From assembly GCA_964106645.2 (NCBI GenBank), contig OZ067053.1: a DNA stretch of 64,000 nt, one strand, 5' to 3'. The position numbers and the translations under genes are program-made. Positions within the stretch are counted from its first letter, which is position 1. Each line of letters opens with the position of its first letter. The notes under the pieces were generated by a model. That model saw nothing but the letters and a program-made list of their open reading frames with translations. It ran no database searches and was not told where the DNA came from. Positions 38,954 through 64,000 of this stretch are shown in pieces. Origin of the DNA: Podarcis pityusensis (Eukaryota).

Positions 38954-40530
38954 ACCACTTTATTTAAGGATCAAGGTCAGTCCCACGATTACTTGTTTAT
39001 GGTGGAAAATTCCCCTTTAGTATGGCCAGTTTAGAGTGGAAAATTCCCTGGCCAATTGTAGCAATTTCAAAGTTCCTCTAGGGGGACACAATAGCAGTTC
39101 CAATTTGTAACGATAAAATAGCTATTCCAACTTTAAAAAAAAAACCCTTTAGCCAAAAAGAGCAACAGTTTCAAGTCAAGTGGAACTTTTCAGAGTCAAA
39201 GTATCCCTCTTACAGAGCTAGCTGTCAAAAAGTTGCACTCCTTTGACAGCGCGTTTCCCAATACGGCAGTTTCAATGTCCCTTGACAGTCCGTTCCCAGG
39301 CATTAAGTGATGGTCTTAGTTCCCTTTCTCTCTTCTTTTGCGGGCGAAAGATACTTCCCCTTCTCCCTCCCCTCTCCCGCACCACAGGGAGGGAGTTCTC
39401 TTTTTGTTGATGTAAGATTTGAGTCTTTTTCAACGCAAATTTCAGGCTCTTTGCTTTGACAGTCTTTGCTTTGATCTATTTACATAAAAGGAAGGCGGAC
39501 TTCCTGTTTACACCTTCCCGCTTCAGTGCCGAATTAGTCCTTTTTTCCCTTAAGTTCCCGATCTTCAGACTTAACCTACTCACGGGTAGTTGTTTCTTAG
39601 CCGAATTGTCACAGGAAAAAGGTTGGCGCTCTCCGGCAACAGCTGCGCGGCTTTACTCCACGGAAGAAGCAGTTGACTCTCAGCACCGCGCCAGACTCCC
39701 CGCTTCGCTCCGGAACTCTTTCCAGGGTTCCCTCGCAGATTGGGGGGGCGCTAAGGGTGCCCGCCGAGTCCCACGGTCACAGGCTTCACCCGCCTGTGAT
39801 TTTCGAAGGGGTCCCCACTTCGCCATAGCGGCAAGACCCGATTTCCGCGGAGCTACTCCCTCAAAACTAGAGGGAATCCGCCATTGCCGATGGCGCCGCC
39901 TCCGGAAGCTATAATAAAATATATTTAGAGCTGTCACTGCTGCTCAGGCATGCCATGCAGCAACCAAAGCAGCTGGTTACAGTGCAATGATTACTGAACT
40001 GGTATGTGAAAAGTCTTATACACGTAAACAAAAAATACAAATACAAAATACTATTTTTCATTATTCACAATTTCAAAGCAAGGAATCTTAACTCTTGGAC
40101 ATTATTTCACCCCTCTTTCTTACAAGTGAAATTAAGACATTGTATGATAACTTAATTAAAATTTAATTGCTATGAAGGGAGGTGTTTTGTTGTTGCTAAA
40201 ATTGATTTTGCAAGCAACCCATTATCCTTTATAAGGATATTATAGGATTATAGCAGGGTGCTTATTTTACATGGTGACTAACAAAACAGACTTTTAAATT
40301 CTATAGCAAAACGTTTTGGCTTCCACCTTTTTAAGCTGCTCATTTATTCTTTCATTTATATATAAACCTACTACGGGATAATACACTTTTAGAAAAAAGT
40401 GATAGGTACCTAATTGTGTGTGTGGTATATAATTTCAGGATGTTGACTGCCTGTTGGGAGGCTGCAGCACCCCCTGGCGGGCAAACAACAAACAGGTAAT
40501 TGTTTCTTCTTTATCACAGCCACGCAAATA

Positions 40531-40756
40531 CAGTGGTACCTCAGGTTAAGTACTTAATTCCTTCCGGAGGTCCGTACTTAACCTGAAACTGTTCTTAACC
40601 TGAAGCACCTCTTTAGCTAATGGGGCCTCCTGCTGCTGCTGCGCCGCCGGAGCACGATTTCTGTTCTCACCCTGAAGCAACGTTCTTAACCTGAAGAACT
40701 ATTTCTGGGTTAGCGGAGTCTGTAACCTGAAGCGTATGTAACCCGAGGTACCACTG
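40531..40756. mobile_element. Tc1/mariner MITE, copy 2 of 3
   Basis: TA-CAGTGGTACCTCAGGTTA...TAACCCGAGGTACCACTG-TA. Confidence 0.88.
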
Positions 40757-41614
40757 TATAACATTAGGGTCCACTTTGGTCAGATTCAGATCTCATCATA
40801 ATCTTCAGTGTTTTTGAACAGTATTTCCTCTGGATGGAAGAAAAAGAGACTGAATTATATCAGCTTTATTCAATTATTTACCATATGTATGTTCTGGCCT
40901 TCACTCAAAGGTCTTAGGATAAAAATACATAAAATTAAAACCAAATGTTCAAAAATTGTATTTGACCTTAGTCAAGCCCAGACTCAGGCAGCTGCTGGGT
41001 TGAAAATGACTCCACTGGGCTCACTAGGGCTGCCACCTACCCCAGGCATCACTGTTATCAGATTAGCAATGGCTGCTGGCCTCTACCATTTGCAGCCAGC
41101 AAGACGTAGTGCCTGACCGTGATGTTGAGACTGCATTTTGGGAAAGAAAATGTGGCAGCACCCCCACCCCAGCACCTACTTTCCCATCCAGCGTATGATT
41201 GGTGGTGGTGGGAGCAACTGCCTGATGGGATTGGGGGCCCAGGTTGGTCAGCACCACTTTGCCAAGGGTCTGTTTAAGCCTGATGCCAACCTGGACTTAG
41301 CAAGGGGGCAGGAGTGTCATTGGCCATATGGCATCAATAAATGAGCCTTTAAGGTTTGGGTTTTACACTGGGGGGTGGGGTGGCGAATACAGATTCCACA
41401 CCTGAGGTTGGCTGTGGAGGCTTCCTCAGAGAAACACCTCTGTGACAGGGTTGAGATTTGAGGTCCCTGTAACTTGGGAGGTCCGCCTCAGGCAGGTAGA
41501 CTATCTCACTCTATATTTCTTGTCTAGATCTCAAATAAAAAGATGGCAGGCTAATTCTACTGGTCTCTGTAGCTCAGTAGGTGGTGCAGGCAGGCCTCAT
41601 GTGAATCATTAAAT

Positions 41615-41805
41615 CAGAGCTTTCCAAACTTTTCATGTTGGTGACACACTTTTTAGATATGCGTCATTTCGTGACACAGTAATTCAGATTTACTAGCAAA
41701 CTGGAGGTTAAACTAACCCATTTCCAGCCCCAGGACGAGCAAGCGAGCGTTTGTATGACACGCCGACACACTAATTTGTTGCAGCATACACCTTGGAAAG
41801 CTCTG
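41615..41805. mobile_element. hAT MITE
   Basis: TIR CAGAGCTTTCCAA...TTGGAAAGCTCTG with a perfect 8-bp TSD CATTAAAT. Confidence 0.88.
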
Positions 41806-42734
41806 CATTAAATGAAGTCTGGCCTCAGTATCACAGGGGAGCAACTGGGCAAGAGAGAGCCAAGGCAATATGGGTGACCCCTGTCCTTTCACACCAAGTT
41901 TTGAGTAGCAGTAGAAGAAATCCTACTTACATTTTGAAGTTTCTTCTACTTACATTTTCTTTCTACTTGCATTTTGAAGTTAACATTATGAAGTTTCTCT
42001 GTAGAAAGGTAATTTAAAACACACAACCAGCACCTATGTTTTCTACCACCCTAAAACCCACCTAAGCTACTCCAACCCCTATGCCTAAATGTCAGTCTAA
42101 AAATATACAAAGCTATGGAAAGCATTATATAAAAATATCAATGAAAATGTGTAAGTACCAAAACAAAATATAAATCCTCTTATCCTCTCTCACATACCCT
42201 CAGACACACTCTCACACTGCACCTACCACTCCTGACTACTGGACTGGACACCTCTGGTTTGTGACTATTAAGCCAGAATTCAAAGAGATGTCACAAAGGG
42301 AGGGCAGGTCACTGTTACCTTGACAACCCAGCTACCTGGGCATTGCTCCTCAGTCTTGATGCTTCTTCAGAACTTTGAGGCACCTGATAGTCTGTCTGAA
42401 ACACCTTGTTGAAACATCTCTATTCATATTCATATCTCCATTACAGATTATCCTGATTTCTAAGAGAAGTTACCACCCCAATCTCCTTTTAAATACAATA
42501 TGAAACGCACATCTCCCAGGTTTAGGGATGTTGATAACACAGCATTAGGCAATCTGCTTTACAAGCAGGAGGTCCCAGGTTCAATCCCCAGCATCTCTAG
42601 GTAGGAATGGGTATCTTCTCTGTCTGAAGCCCCGCAGAACTGCTGTGGATACCAGTGTTGATAACAGTGGGGTAGATAATAGTGGTTTGCTATGATATAA
42701 GGCCAGCTTCCTATCTAGATTCCTATGTTGTCTT

Positions 42735-43270
42735 TTAACTTGAGAGCCAGCAACCTTTCCCACAAGACACAATCATTCATTTCTTTCACATACAATATAA
42801 CATCCTTTTCACATGTACTCCTGGCAAGCCAGGTGTCTACTATCTTACTGTATATCTGTGCAGCTGGTTATTCCTGCCTAAGTGTAGAACCTTGTTATGT
42901 ACTGAAGTTCTCACCCTGGGCCAGCAGGGGGATACTGTAGATAGTTTTCACTCAGGTCCACATATGTAAATAAGGAAATGAAAGTGATGTTCAGTGATTG
43001 GATAGTTACAGAAAGTGGTTGCTGTTGCTTTGTAGTTGAGCTCTATATAAGCAGGTTGGCTGAACCCTTCAGCTCGGTTCTGTTCTGGCCTATGAATAAA
43101 CAAGAGCTGTTTGAAGAATCGCTGTGTCGTCTGATATGCTCACCCACAACTTAACAAACCTTACATTTGTCCCCATTGAAATTCATTTTGATAGCTTGGG
43201 CCCAGGTCTCCAATCTGTTAAGGTCATATTGAATCCCGATTCTGTCTTCAGCCGCATTAGCTATCCCTTT
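42735..43270 (-). mobile_element. CR1 ORF2 fragment interrupted by a solo LTR
   Basis: GIANAAEDRIGIQYDLNRLETWAQAIKMNFNGDKCKV, continuing as LHLGRNN on the other side of the LTR. Confidence 0.75.
42893..43156 (+). mobile_element. Solo LTR (Gypsy-like), 264 bp
   Basis: TGTTA...TAACA termini, TATATAA and AATAAA, and a perfect 5-bp TSD AACCT. Confidence 0.85.
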
Positions 43271-43541
43271 CTGTATGTGCTTACATGCTCTTCCAAAATT
43301 CTCGTTTGTTTCATTTGGAATTGCATAGCTGCTTCCAGAACATGTCCGTACCATCAAAGCTGAGATGTTGGTGGTAGCTATATGTTTCTCAAACAATCTA
43401 CTTATGAACAATGTTAAAACTAACTTAAACAGCACTCATCTCATCTAACCAGTTGGGCACAGAAAATCCAGTTTTTGAATTACTTGTTCTCATTATATAT
43501 CATTAAAACATTATCCTTTAGACACCTATGCATAGGCTAGC

Positions 43542-43794
43542 CAGGGGTCAGCAAACTTTTTCAGCAGGGGGCTGGTCCACTGTCCCTCAGACATTGTGGG
43601 GGGGCCTGACTATATTTTGAAGGGGAAAAAATGAACGAATTCCTATCCCCCACAAATAACCCAGAGATGCCTTTTAAATAAAAGAACACATTCTACTCAT
43701 GTAAAGACACGCTGATTCCTGGACCATCCACAGGCCAGATTTAGAAGGCAATTGGACCGGATCCAGCCCCCGGGCTGTAGTTTGCCTTCCCATG
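43542..43794 (-). mobile_element. hAT-Charlie-like MITE, copy 3 of 3
   Basis: CAGGGGTCAGCAAACT...AGTTTGCCTTCCCATG with GGCTAG in both flanks; reverse orientation relative to copies 1 and 2. Confidence 0.8.
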
Positions 43795-44901
43795 GGCTAG
43801 ACCCAAATGAAATCAGTTGGGCTCTGCAATTTGGAAGTGATCCACTGCCCTACATCAAGGAAAGGGTATTATTTGCAAGGTTATAAACAAGCCTACACGA
43901 CTGGAGTCCTTCATACCACAAAAATAAAAACATATTAAACGTGACAAAATCACTTGGTGACAGGCAGCGGGACAAATTGCCAAGGGCACTTCCAGATAAC
44001 AGCTCTGCAGAGATCCAAAGCAGAGCGCTCTCTCTTGACACCCATCTATCAGTGATATTTAAGGATAATTAAATCAGTTCTACCCCAATGCACAAGCTAG
44101 ATGAGTCACAGATGATCCCTCCCAACTGAAAGGGTTCTAGTGGATGAAAATAAGCTGTTATAACAAGGAGAGTAGACTGCAGATGCAGCAGAGTCAGTAT
44201 ACAGCATGTAACTAGACAACAGCAATTATTGCAAAAAATCAAAAGGCCAGTGCAGCCCAATGTCTGAATTATTTTACATGTACTGGAGCAGAGATTGTTT
44301 GTCTACCAACACCCCCATTTTTTAATTTTGAGAACTGCATGCCTATATTTGTTATATTTTCCAGTTCCAGAAATGTATGAGTAGACATTCTTAGTACTGC
44401 GTTTGTAAGGTCAAATAATTTCAACTCTGCACTCCCAGAAAGAGAGTCTGCTGCACTTTTGCTCAGTTGAGCGTTGCAGCGCGAACTACATCTCCCAGAA
44501 ACCTTTGCGCAGGCAAGGAGCGAGTCCAGGTCACGCGGTGTGAAAGCCGACCCGAGGCGGGGCGTGCGCGAGAGGGAGGCTGACGTAGGATGTGAACGGC
44601 CTAGAACTCCCTTTCCCACAATGCCTCGCGTGGCCAGGAAGGCGATGGGTGGGGCTGCGGGAGCAAAAGCGCCTCGAAAACTCCTCTGGAGAGCGGGAGG
44701 GGGAGGAAAAGACTACATCTCCCGGCGTGCTCTACGCGCTGGCGCCTGCGCGGTGAGAAGTCGCACCTGAGGGAAAGAGGGGAGGAGGGAGCGGCCGCCA
44801 TCTTGCGTGAGGGAGAGACCGGACCAGCTTAGCCAGGAAGGAAGGAAGGAGGGAGGGAAGCAGCTAGTCAGCCGCCGACCCACCACCGCGGAGGAGCCGC
44901 C

Positions 44902-57992
<13,091 letters not shown>

Positions 57993-59695
57993 GGAGGAGG
58001 GACATGAGGATAGCGTGGGGGGGCAGCCGGGGGGGCAGGCTGTGGGGAGAGGGGGCCTGCCCTTCCCCTTCTGGTCCAGCCCCACCTCCTGCTTCTTTTT
58101 CTTCTCCGAAGGTGGCTTTCCCGGATGATACCTCGCCGGAGGGGGACGGGACCTCCCTCCCCTTCCAGCTCAGCTGCTCCAAGTGCTGTTGAGTATCCTC
58201 GGCCTGTTTATTTTGGTTTTGGGGTTTTGTTTTGTTTTGTCACTTAACTCTGTAGGGGATTTTGTGTGGGAGGGGTATTGGGGTTGCGGGAGGCAGTGGG
58301 TTGGGCTGAGGGTGGGCTCTGTACAGGTTGCAAGCTTCCCTACAACAGGGGGAAGTGGGGGGTGATGACATGCTCGTCTGCCTTGGGGCCCTCCTTCCCC
58401 CTCCGCACCCCCCAAGGTAGGCAAGGCCTGGGCAATGGTTCTCTTTGCTGGTTTCGTTACGCTGCCCTCCCTTCTCTTCCCCCACCTCCAAAACTGTGTT
58501 TCTAATCTGGGGCAGAGCGTTGGTTATCTTTCGCTTCAGTCTCCCTTTGCTTCCTGCCCCCATGAGTCTTTGGACTTTGCTAGGGCAAGCCTGAGTTCCT
58601 GTGTCCTGTCCTTCTTACTGGCATTTGACTGGTTTGTCAGCAGGCAGGGTTTAGCTGGCAAAGGGCTGAAGTGTCTGTGCATCTCCCCCCCCCCCTTGTC
58701 TCCAGGCCCCATTTGGACAAGATGCTGTGTGGCCCACCGCACTCATTCCCCTGCATGTAGCAACTGCTTTCTTTTCCTGCCAGGGGCGGGGGCTTGATGT
58801 CCCTTGCTTCCTTGCCATTTTTTCTACCACCACATCCTTTCCGCCCCGGCCACTCCTAAAACCTTTCCTCTCAGGGCACCCTGTCTCACAGCTCCTCGCT
58901 TTCCTAGCTGTCTTCTCCCTGCTGTGCCCCGTTTTTCCCAGCCTGCTCTAGGAACAGACATCCTGCTGGCCTCTAGCGGGAGGAGAAATGTGTAATATGG
59001 CCTCCCTCCATCACTAGCGCTGCTGCTGCTGCTGCTTCCCCTCGCCCAAGTGGCGGGTGGTTTATTGATCTAATTTAATCCTTCCTCAAGACTGAACTAC
59101 TGGGAGGAAGGAAGGTGGGTCGCGGGGGGCTTCCCAGCTCCTGCATTCCACAGTCGATGAATGTATCTTTTGGACAGCTGGGCAAACTCTGTGAGTCTGC
59201 TTCAGGTGTGGTCTGAGCAGGACCCCGCTCACCTATGGCCATCTTGGCATGCTTTGGCCCTGATCTTCCTCCCACGTCACCCATTGATTCCCTTGTTGAT
59301 ATTGCAGGTCCGTGTAGCCAAACCCTATTCTTTTCCACCCACCCATCTTCCTTCCCTGGATCATGACCAAACCAAGGCCCATCCGTCCCCCCCTGTCGCC
59401 CCCACTACCCCCGGTTTGGGGCTCTGGCTCCCAAGAATGCTGTATCGTTTTTTTGTTTTTTTTTAGCACCAGGAAGCTGCATTTTCCATATTGCTTCACT
59501 ACTACATTCATCCCATTGTCTTTCCCCTTCCCCCACTTTATTTAAGGAACGTCAGGGACCCCGCTGGGCCAGGAAGTGGGTGGAAGGTGGTTTTGTTCGT
59601 CAGCTTCTTCTTTTTCCACAAGTGAAATTAAAAAAACACAAATGAGAGGAAAAGAGAAAAAAATCCAATAAAACATAACCAGCCTCTGCAAAATG
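57993..59695 (+). other. RAB1B: RAB1B 3'UTR with poly(A) signal AATAAA at 59667-59672
   Basis: TE-free, pyrimidine-rich stretch after the stop that ends at an AATAAA. Confidence 0.7.
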
Positions 59696-60934
59696 AGGGA
59701 TTTTCAGGCTTGGCTGTGTAGTCCTTATCTTCCTTCCTGCAAGGGATTCAAAAGGGTTGAGCTGTGCTTATGGATTGTTGGGGTGGTGGTGTGTTTGCAC
59801 TCTTGAAATGTTGCACCCAAGGAGTGGTGGATGTTAATGGTCTTAACTCCCACAGCTATGCTGGTAACCCCAGGCATCTCCTCTTCTTTCCTTTCCCTGC
59901 CCTGATGAAAAGCCATCAACTGAATTTGAAAAAATGTCGCCATCTCATTTCTGGCTGCAGGAAAATAAGTGTCAGCTGAAAGAGCGTGCCAGACAAGAGT
60001 TTTGTGTCCCTTTCTTGGTTCAATCAGGAAAAATCAGGTTCCTTTGGGTCTTCAACATCTTCTTGAGGAGAGTAAACTGTGGGTGGGAACGTGTCTCTGC
60101 ATCCTGTTGGGCTCCCTATGGCAAGATTTGCCTTCCAGCTGAGAGCCACTAGTTTTTAATGTTCATTTTTAGCTTGGTGTAGCCAGTGCCGTGTCTGCTT
60201 TTGTGCCTCATCCTGGCTGGTAAAATCAGCCTCCATCTTTGACTTTATTGTGCAAGGCAGAGTTGATACTCCAGGGTGGGGCTCGGGTACTCTTTCTTTC
60301 ATGATTCCACAGAACTGCTGAAAAGCAGAACGCAGGAAGCCTGATTGTGCAAGATGGATTAGGCAAACACTTCCAGGTTATCTGTAGATTTGTGGCTTTT
60401 GCTAACAAAACCCGGTTATCTTTTTAACTGTGGCTCGGGCTGACTGTGCTGGCTCCTGGCCTTTCATGAAGTGGGATTCAGAGAGCTCAGGTTCTCACTG
60501 CCCATTCTCCAGGTCGGACCCTAGAATTGCTGTAGCCAATGTGGTATATGGACTTAGGGGCAGGGAAGACTTCAAAGCTATGTCAAACCTGTGTGTGTGA
60601 ATGAGAGAAAAATGGTAGGCTTCCCCCAGCCCTGCTCCACACAGTGCCATCCAGAAGCCCTGGACCACAACTCTTATTGACACCAATGGTTATGCTGGCT
60701 GGGGCTGATGAGATCCGCAGTCCAAAACATCTGGAGCACACCAGCCTAGGAAAGGATGAAGTAGACTGTTTCTGGTTATGTGGGCCACAGACTTACCTGT
60801 TATCAGGCATGGGAAAAGGTGCTTTCAAAGCCTCCATACAGGGGGTTTGCTCTTCTGGCAAAGCTTGTGCAGGATGTGGCTGTCGGAACACACTGGGAAC
60901 CTCCAGCCACTTGTCAAGCTCCTTGATCATGCAG

Positions 60935-61410
60935 CCGTCAATGAAATTTAGGCAGTGGTCTCCTGTTACCTGCTGGTGCTTCTTGTCGAAGAACTCAGCC
61001 TGCAGTGGGCAGGAGAAGTGGTTCCTCCAGTCTCCAGCAATGCCTTTCCTCATGAACGGGCTTTTTTCGATCATCTCATGAGGGATACGTGTACCATTCA
61101 CGAACCTGCAATGCCTCCAGGTGGAATCCAGGAAGGCACCCAGTCCTCCAGGCCCTCATGTAGCTCATCATAGGTGGCATTGGAAACCTCCAGCTCCTCC
61201 TTGCAGCTGAGTCAGACTTTGGTGTCCTCAAACCAGGAGCCATAATGCTCTGTGCCATCCAAGTAGCTGAGGAGAATCTCATGGAAGCAGCCAGGGTGAT
61301 GGAAGAAATTGGCCATGCTTAGAACTGAGAGGACGACATGGCAACGCCTTCAGGGTTGCTGACCAAATGGATCACCTTGGGCTTGGATTTCTTCAGGGAC
61401 GATGTTGGAC
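60935..61410 (-). pseudogene. Processed pseudogene of a cytosolic sulfotransferase (SULT2B1-like/SULT5A1-like), 3' half only
   Basis: Minus strand: SLKKSKPKVIHLVSNPEGVAMS..F[fs]SMANFFHHPGCFHEILLSYLDGTEHYGSWFEDTKV*LSCKEELEVSNATYDELH...RIPHEMIEKSPFMRKGIAGDWRNHFS. The RKGxxGDWxNxF PAPS-binding/dimerisation region is recognisable. It has a stop codon, frameshifts and deletions, and no introns. Confidence 0.85.
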
Positions 61411-62279
61411 ACCCCTAGACTAGGCAACAATTGCACCATATCAGCCTTCATCGGCGTGCTGTTGTTGAACTACCCTTAAATCCAAAATAGTTTATCGCAC
61501 ATGCCTTCAGTTAGAGGGAGCTGTAGTTTGTTACGGGTGCTAGGAACTTAGCTCTGTGGGAGGTAAAGTTCCCATGGTTCTTTGGGGGAAGCCATGGGCT
61601 TTAAATATATGGTGTGGAGGCAACCAAAGCCTTTAGGGTACCACAAAGTTCTTAATGTATTATTACAGATTTAGGGGTAACAGAGTTTAGGGATGCGAGG
61701 GCACTCATAACTGCTAAGAGTTAGTGAATATCGGAAATTACTAAAATGGTAGAATTTAGATACTATTTGGGATACTGAAGGGAAAATACAGGCTGCAGCA
61801 GTTCTCCTGAAATGGGCCACACAGATAAGTTCCTGGGTTTACACAAATGAGCCTTGCTGGGCTAGCTAAATGCAGTCATTGAGAAACAATGGAGAGTCAG
61901 GTACTGGGTTATTAAGGGCCATTGGCAATGCAAAAAGCTACCCTTCCCTCCTGCTCTGAGGAGTGGACAGAGACAGTAGATTTGGGTGGTTGCCCAACGT
62001 GATGGGGGGCAGCGGCATGGTGCCACACAGGAAAAATGTGCCCCTTTTAAAACAGAGAGGCTGCTTAGCAAGTGTTCTTGGGAAGGAGAAGGAGGTGCCA
62101 GAGCTCCAGGCAGAGGCCAGGTGGGGCAGAACCATATTGGCAGGCTGGGGAAAAGGCATGGAAATGGTGTGCAGGATGCCATGAGCTCCAATGCTGTGCT
62201 GTTGTGGGGAACAAGCCCCCCCCCATGCTGTGAACTCTCTTTACCAAGATCCAGGTGTACAGAGGTGTAAAACCATATA

Positions 62280-62505
62280 CAGTGGTACCTCGGATTACAT
62301 ACGCTTCAGGTTACAGACTCTGCTAACCCAGAAATAGTACCTCGGGTTAAGAACTTTGCTTCATGATGAGAACAGAAATCGTGCTCCGGCAGCACAGCAG
62401 CAGCAGGAGGCCCCATTGGCTAAAGTGGTGCTTCAGGTTAAGAACAGTTTCAGGTTAAGTACGGACCTCCAGAACGAATTAAGTACTTAACCTGAGGTAC
62501 CACTG
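62280..62505. mobile_element. Tc1/mariner MITE, copy 3 of 3 (opposite orientation)
   Basis: TA-CAGTGGTACCTCGG...CCTGAGGTACCACTG-TA. Confidence 0.88.
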
Positions 62506-64000
62506 TATCTTAAAATGCTACAGTCTCTTATGTGCCTGAATTCCTAATGGAAACAGGACCCTGGGTAAGCGCCTGGAACCCCCTGGAAATTTGCTACCGC
62601 TTAGCAGCGACTGGGGTGATGTGCAACCTTTGTAACAGTATATAGGCTTTGTACACACTGGCATTAAAAGCACATTTGAAACAGAGACTTTCCCCCATAG
62701 AATTCTTGGCACTGTAATTTTCTCCTCCCAGAGTTATAATTCCTAGTAACCCTTAATAAACTACAGCGCCCAGAATTCTTTGAGGGGGGCGGGAATGTGC
62801 TTTAAAGGTACAGTGTGTACACAACCTTAGTTGTCCTAAGCTGTCCCCAAAGGAGCCACTAGAGGGTGCCAACCCACCAGCAACGTTTTCCAACCAAATC
62901 TTAATTGCCCCATTGTGAACCCAATTTGCTCTCGGGTAAGAAACAAAGCTGAATATGGGAGAGAATAAGAATTTGCTTTGCTCAGCAACCTCCAGCCTGC
63001 CCGACCTGTGCCAGGGTGGCTCGGAACAGCCGGCAAGGGACTGGGCCGCCGCGGAACAGGCTGTTTCTGCTGCCTATGGTAGTGTGAATGATCTATATGC
63101 TATTGTCCTGTTTCTCCCCAAGTCTCTATTTTAAGCCCTCAGCCGGCAAGTATTAAGGTCAGTTCAAGGCAATGGGAGCAGACTCAGCAAAGCATTTCTA
63201 CACAGGGGAAAAGTCTACATGTCCACAGTGATGCCCACACTATGTTTTCTGTACCCTCAAAACACACCATACCCTGCAAGGCAAAACCTTCTAGAGGAAT
63301 TACAGCAAAACTAATTAAAAGTTTTGTAGCAGCTTAAAAAATAACAGATGCTTATGATGCAAGTATATAAATACTTGTTGTTATTGTTAATTTATTACCT
63401 GCCCTTCACCCTAAGGTCCCAGAGCAGGTTACAGCATTAAAAACAACATTTAGAACAACTTTCATGATGGTCTAATGACATTGCAATATAACAGAAAACC
63501 AGAAAAACTACCGTATGGAAAGTTTGACTGTAGCATGGTATGAAAATATTCTGTTACAGATTATAACTATGCCAGCTAATTCTAAACAAGTAGCTGGACA
63601 TTTGTTAGAAAGAATATTATGTAGCTGCCTTCTTTACCTTGAGCAATCAGGCAGTGATGGAGGGCATAGTGGTAAATTTTGAATTGCAGGTGCTTATTCT
63701 GGGAGCCCATATAGTCATTATTAGGATGAGAACAACTGCAATCCTATGAATAGCTTCTTAGGAGTGTTGGTTAGTTCTGACCGAATGGGTTCAGCTTATG
63801 AAGCAGGCATCTTTTAAAGGTCTTCATCCCACTGAAATGCAAATAGGCATTATTATCTAAACTGCTGGCATGAAGCTGGAACCTCATCAAAGGAAAGGAA
63901 AGAAGTGTCTAGCCTCTTGTTTCCCTCTATTTTAATCTGTTACGAATTTGAAAGCTTCGTTAACACTTCACTCACTTGCCAGAACAAGAAAAGTTATTTA

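Larger units (their letters stand above)
33820..39909 (-). mobile_element. Full-length L1 (LINE-1) retrotransposon, 6090 bp
   Basis: CpG-rich 5'UTR starting GCTTCCGGAGGCGGCGCC, then ORF1, ORF2 (EN-RT-CCHC), and a 3'UTR with AATAAA and A tail. Perfect 18-bp TSD TATAATAAAATATATTTA at 33802-33819 and 39910-39927. Confidence 0.95.

Noticed and set aside
39456-39914. 152-aa antisense ORF in the L1 5'UTR (ORF0-like?)
   Set aside because: It has a TTG start and no in-frame ATG, and its stop lies in the TSD; GC-rich DNA readily gives stop-free frames.

Overview
Eukaryotic (squamate, probably lacertid lizard) genomic DNA, not prokaryotic. It carries the conserved vertebrate syntenic block PACS1 (last three coding exons plus long 3'UTR) - KLC2 (complete, 15 coding exons, 629 aa) - RAB1B (complete, 6 coding exons, 201 aa), all on the + strand. 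Exon phases and lengths were checked by hand. Between KLC2 and RAB1B lies a full-length 6.09-kb L1 on the minus strand with a perfect 18-bp TSD. Downstream of RAB1B is a degraded, intronless cytosolic sulfotransferase retrocopy. Introns and intergenic DNA are dense with TEs: Sauria SINEs, tRNA-derived SINEs, CR1 and BovB fragments, solo LTRs, and hAT, Tc1/mariner and Harbinger-like MITEs, several of them nested. I found no clearly novel protein-coding system. The leads most worth testing are regulatory or RNA-level: (1) at least two unrelated MITE families carry the same ACTACAnnTCCCA (ZNF143/THAP11) motif that appears twice in the RAB1B promoter; (2) a solo-LTR family carries an extended CTCF-like motif; (3) a perfect 59-bp intronic hairpin sits in RAB1B; (4) a cryptic 3' splice site in the KLC2 3'UTR could give an alternative C-terminus or a 3'UTR intron; (5) KLC2 has a GC-AG intron followed by a hairpin. 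Repeat family names are from recall, not database searches.
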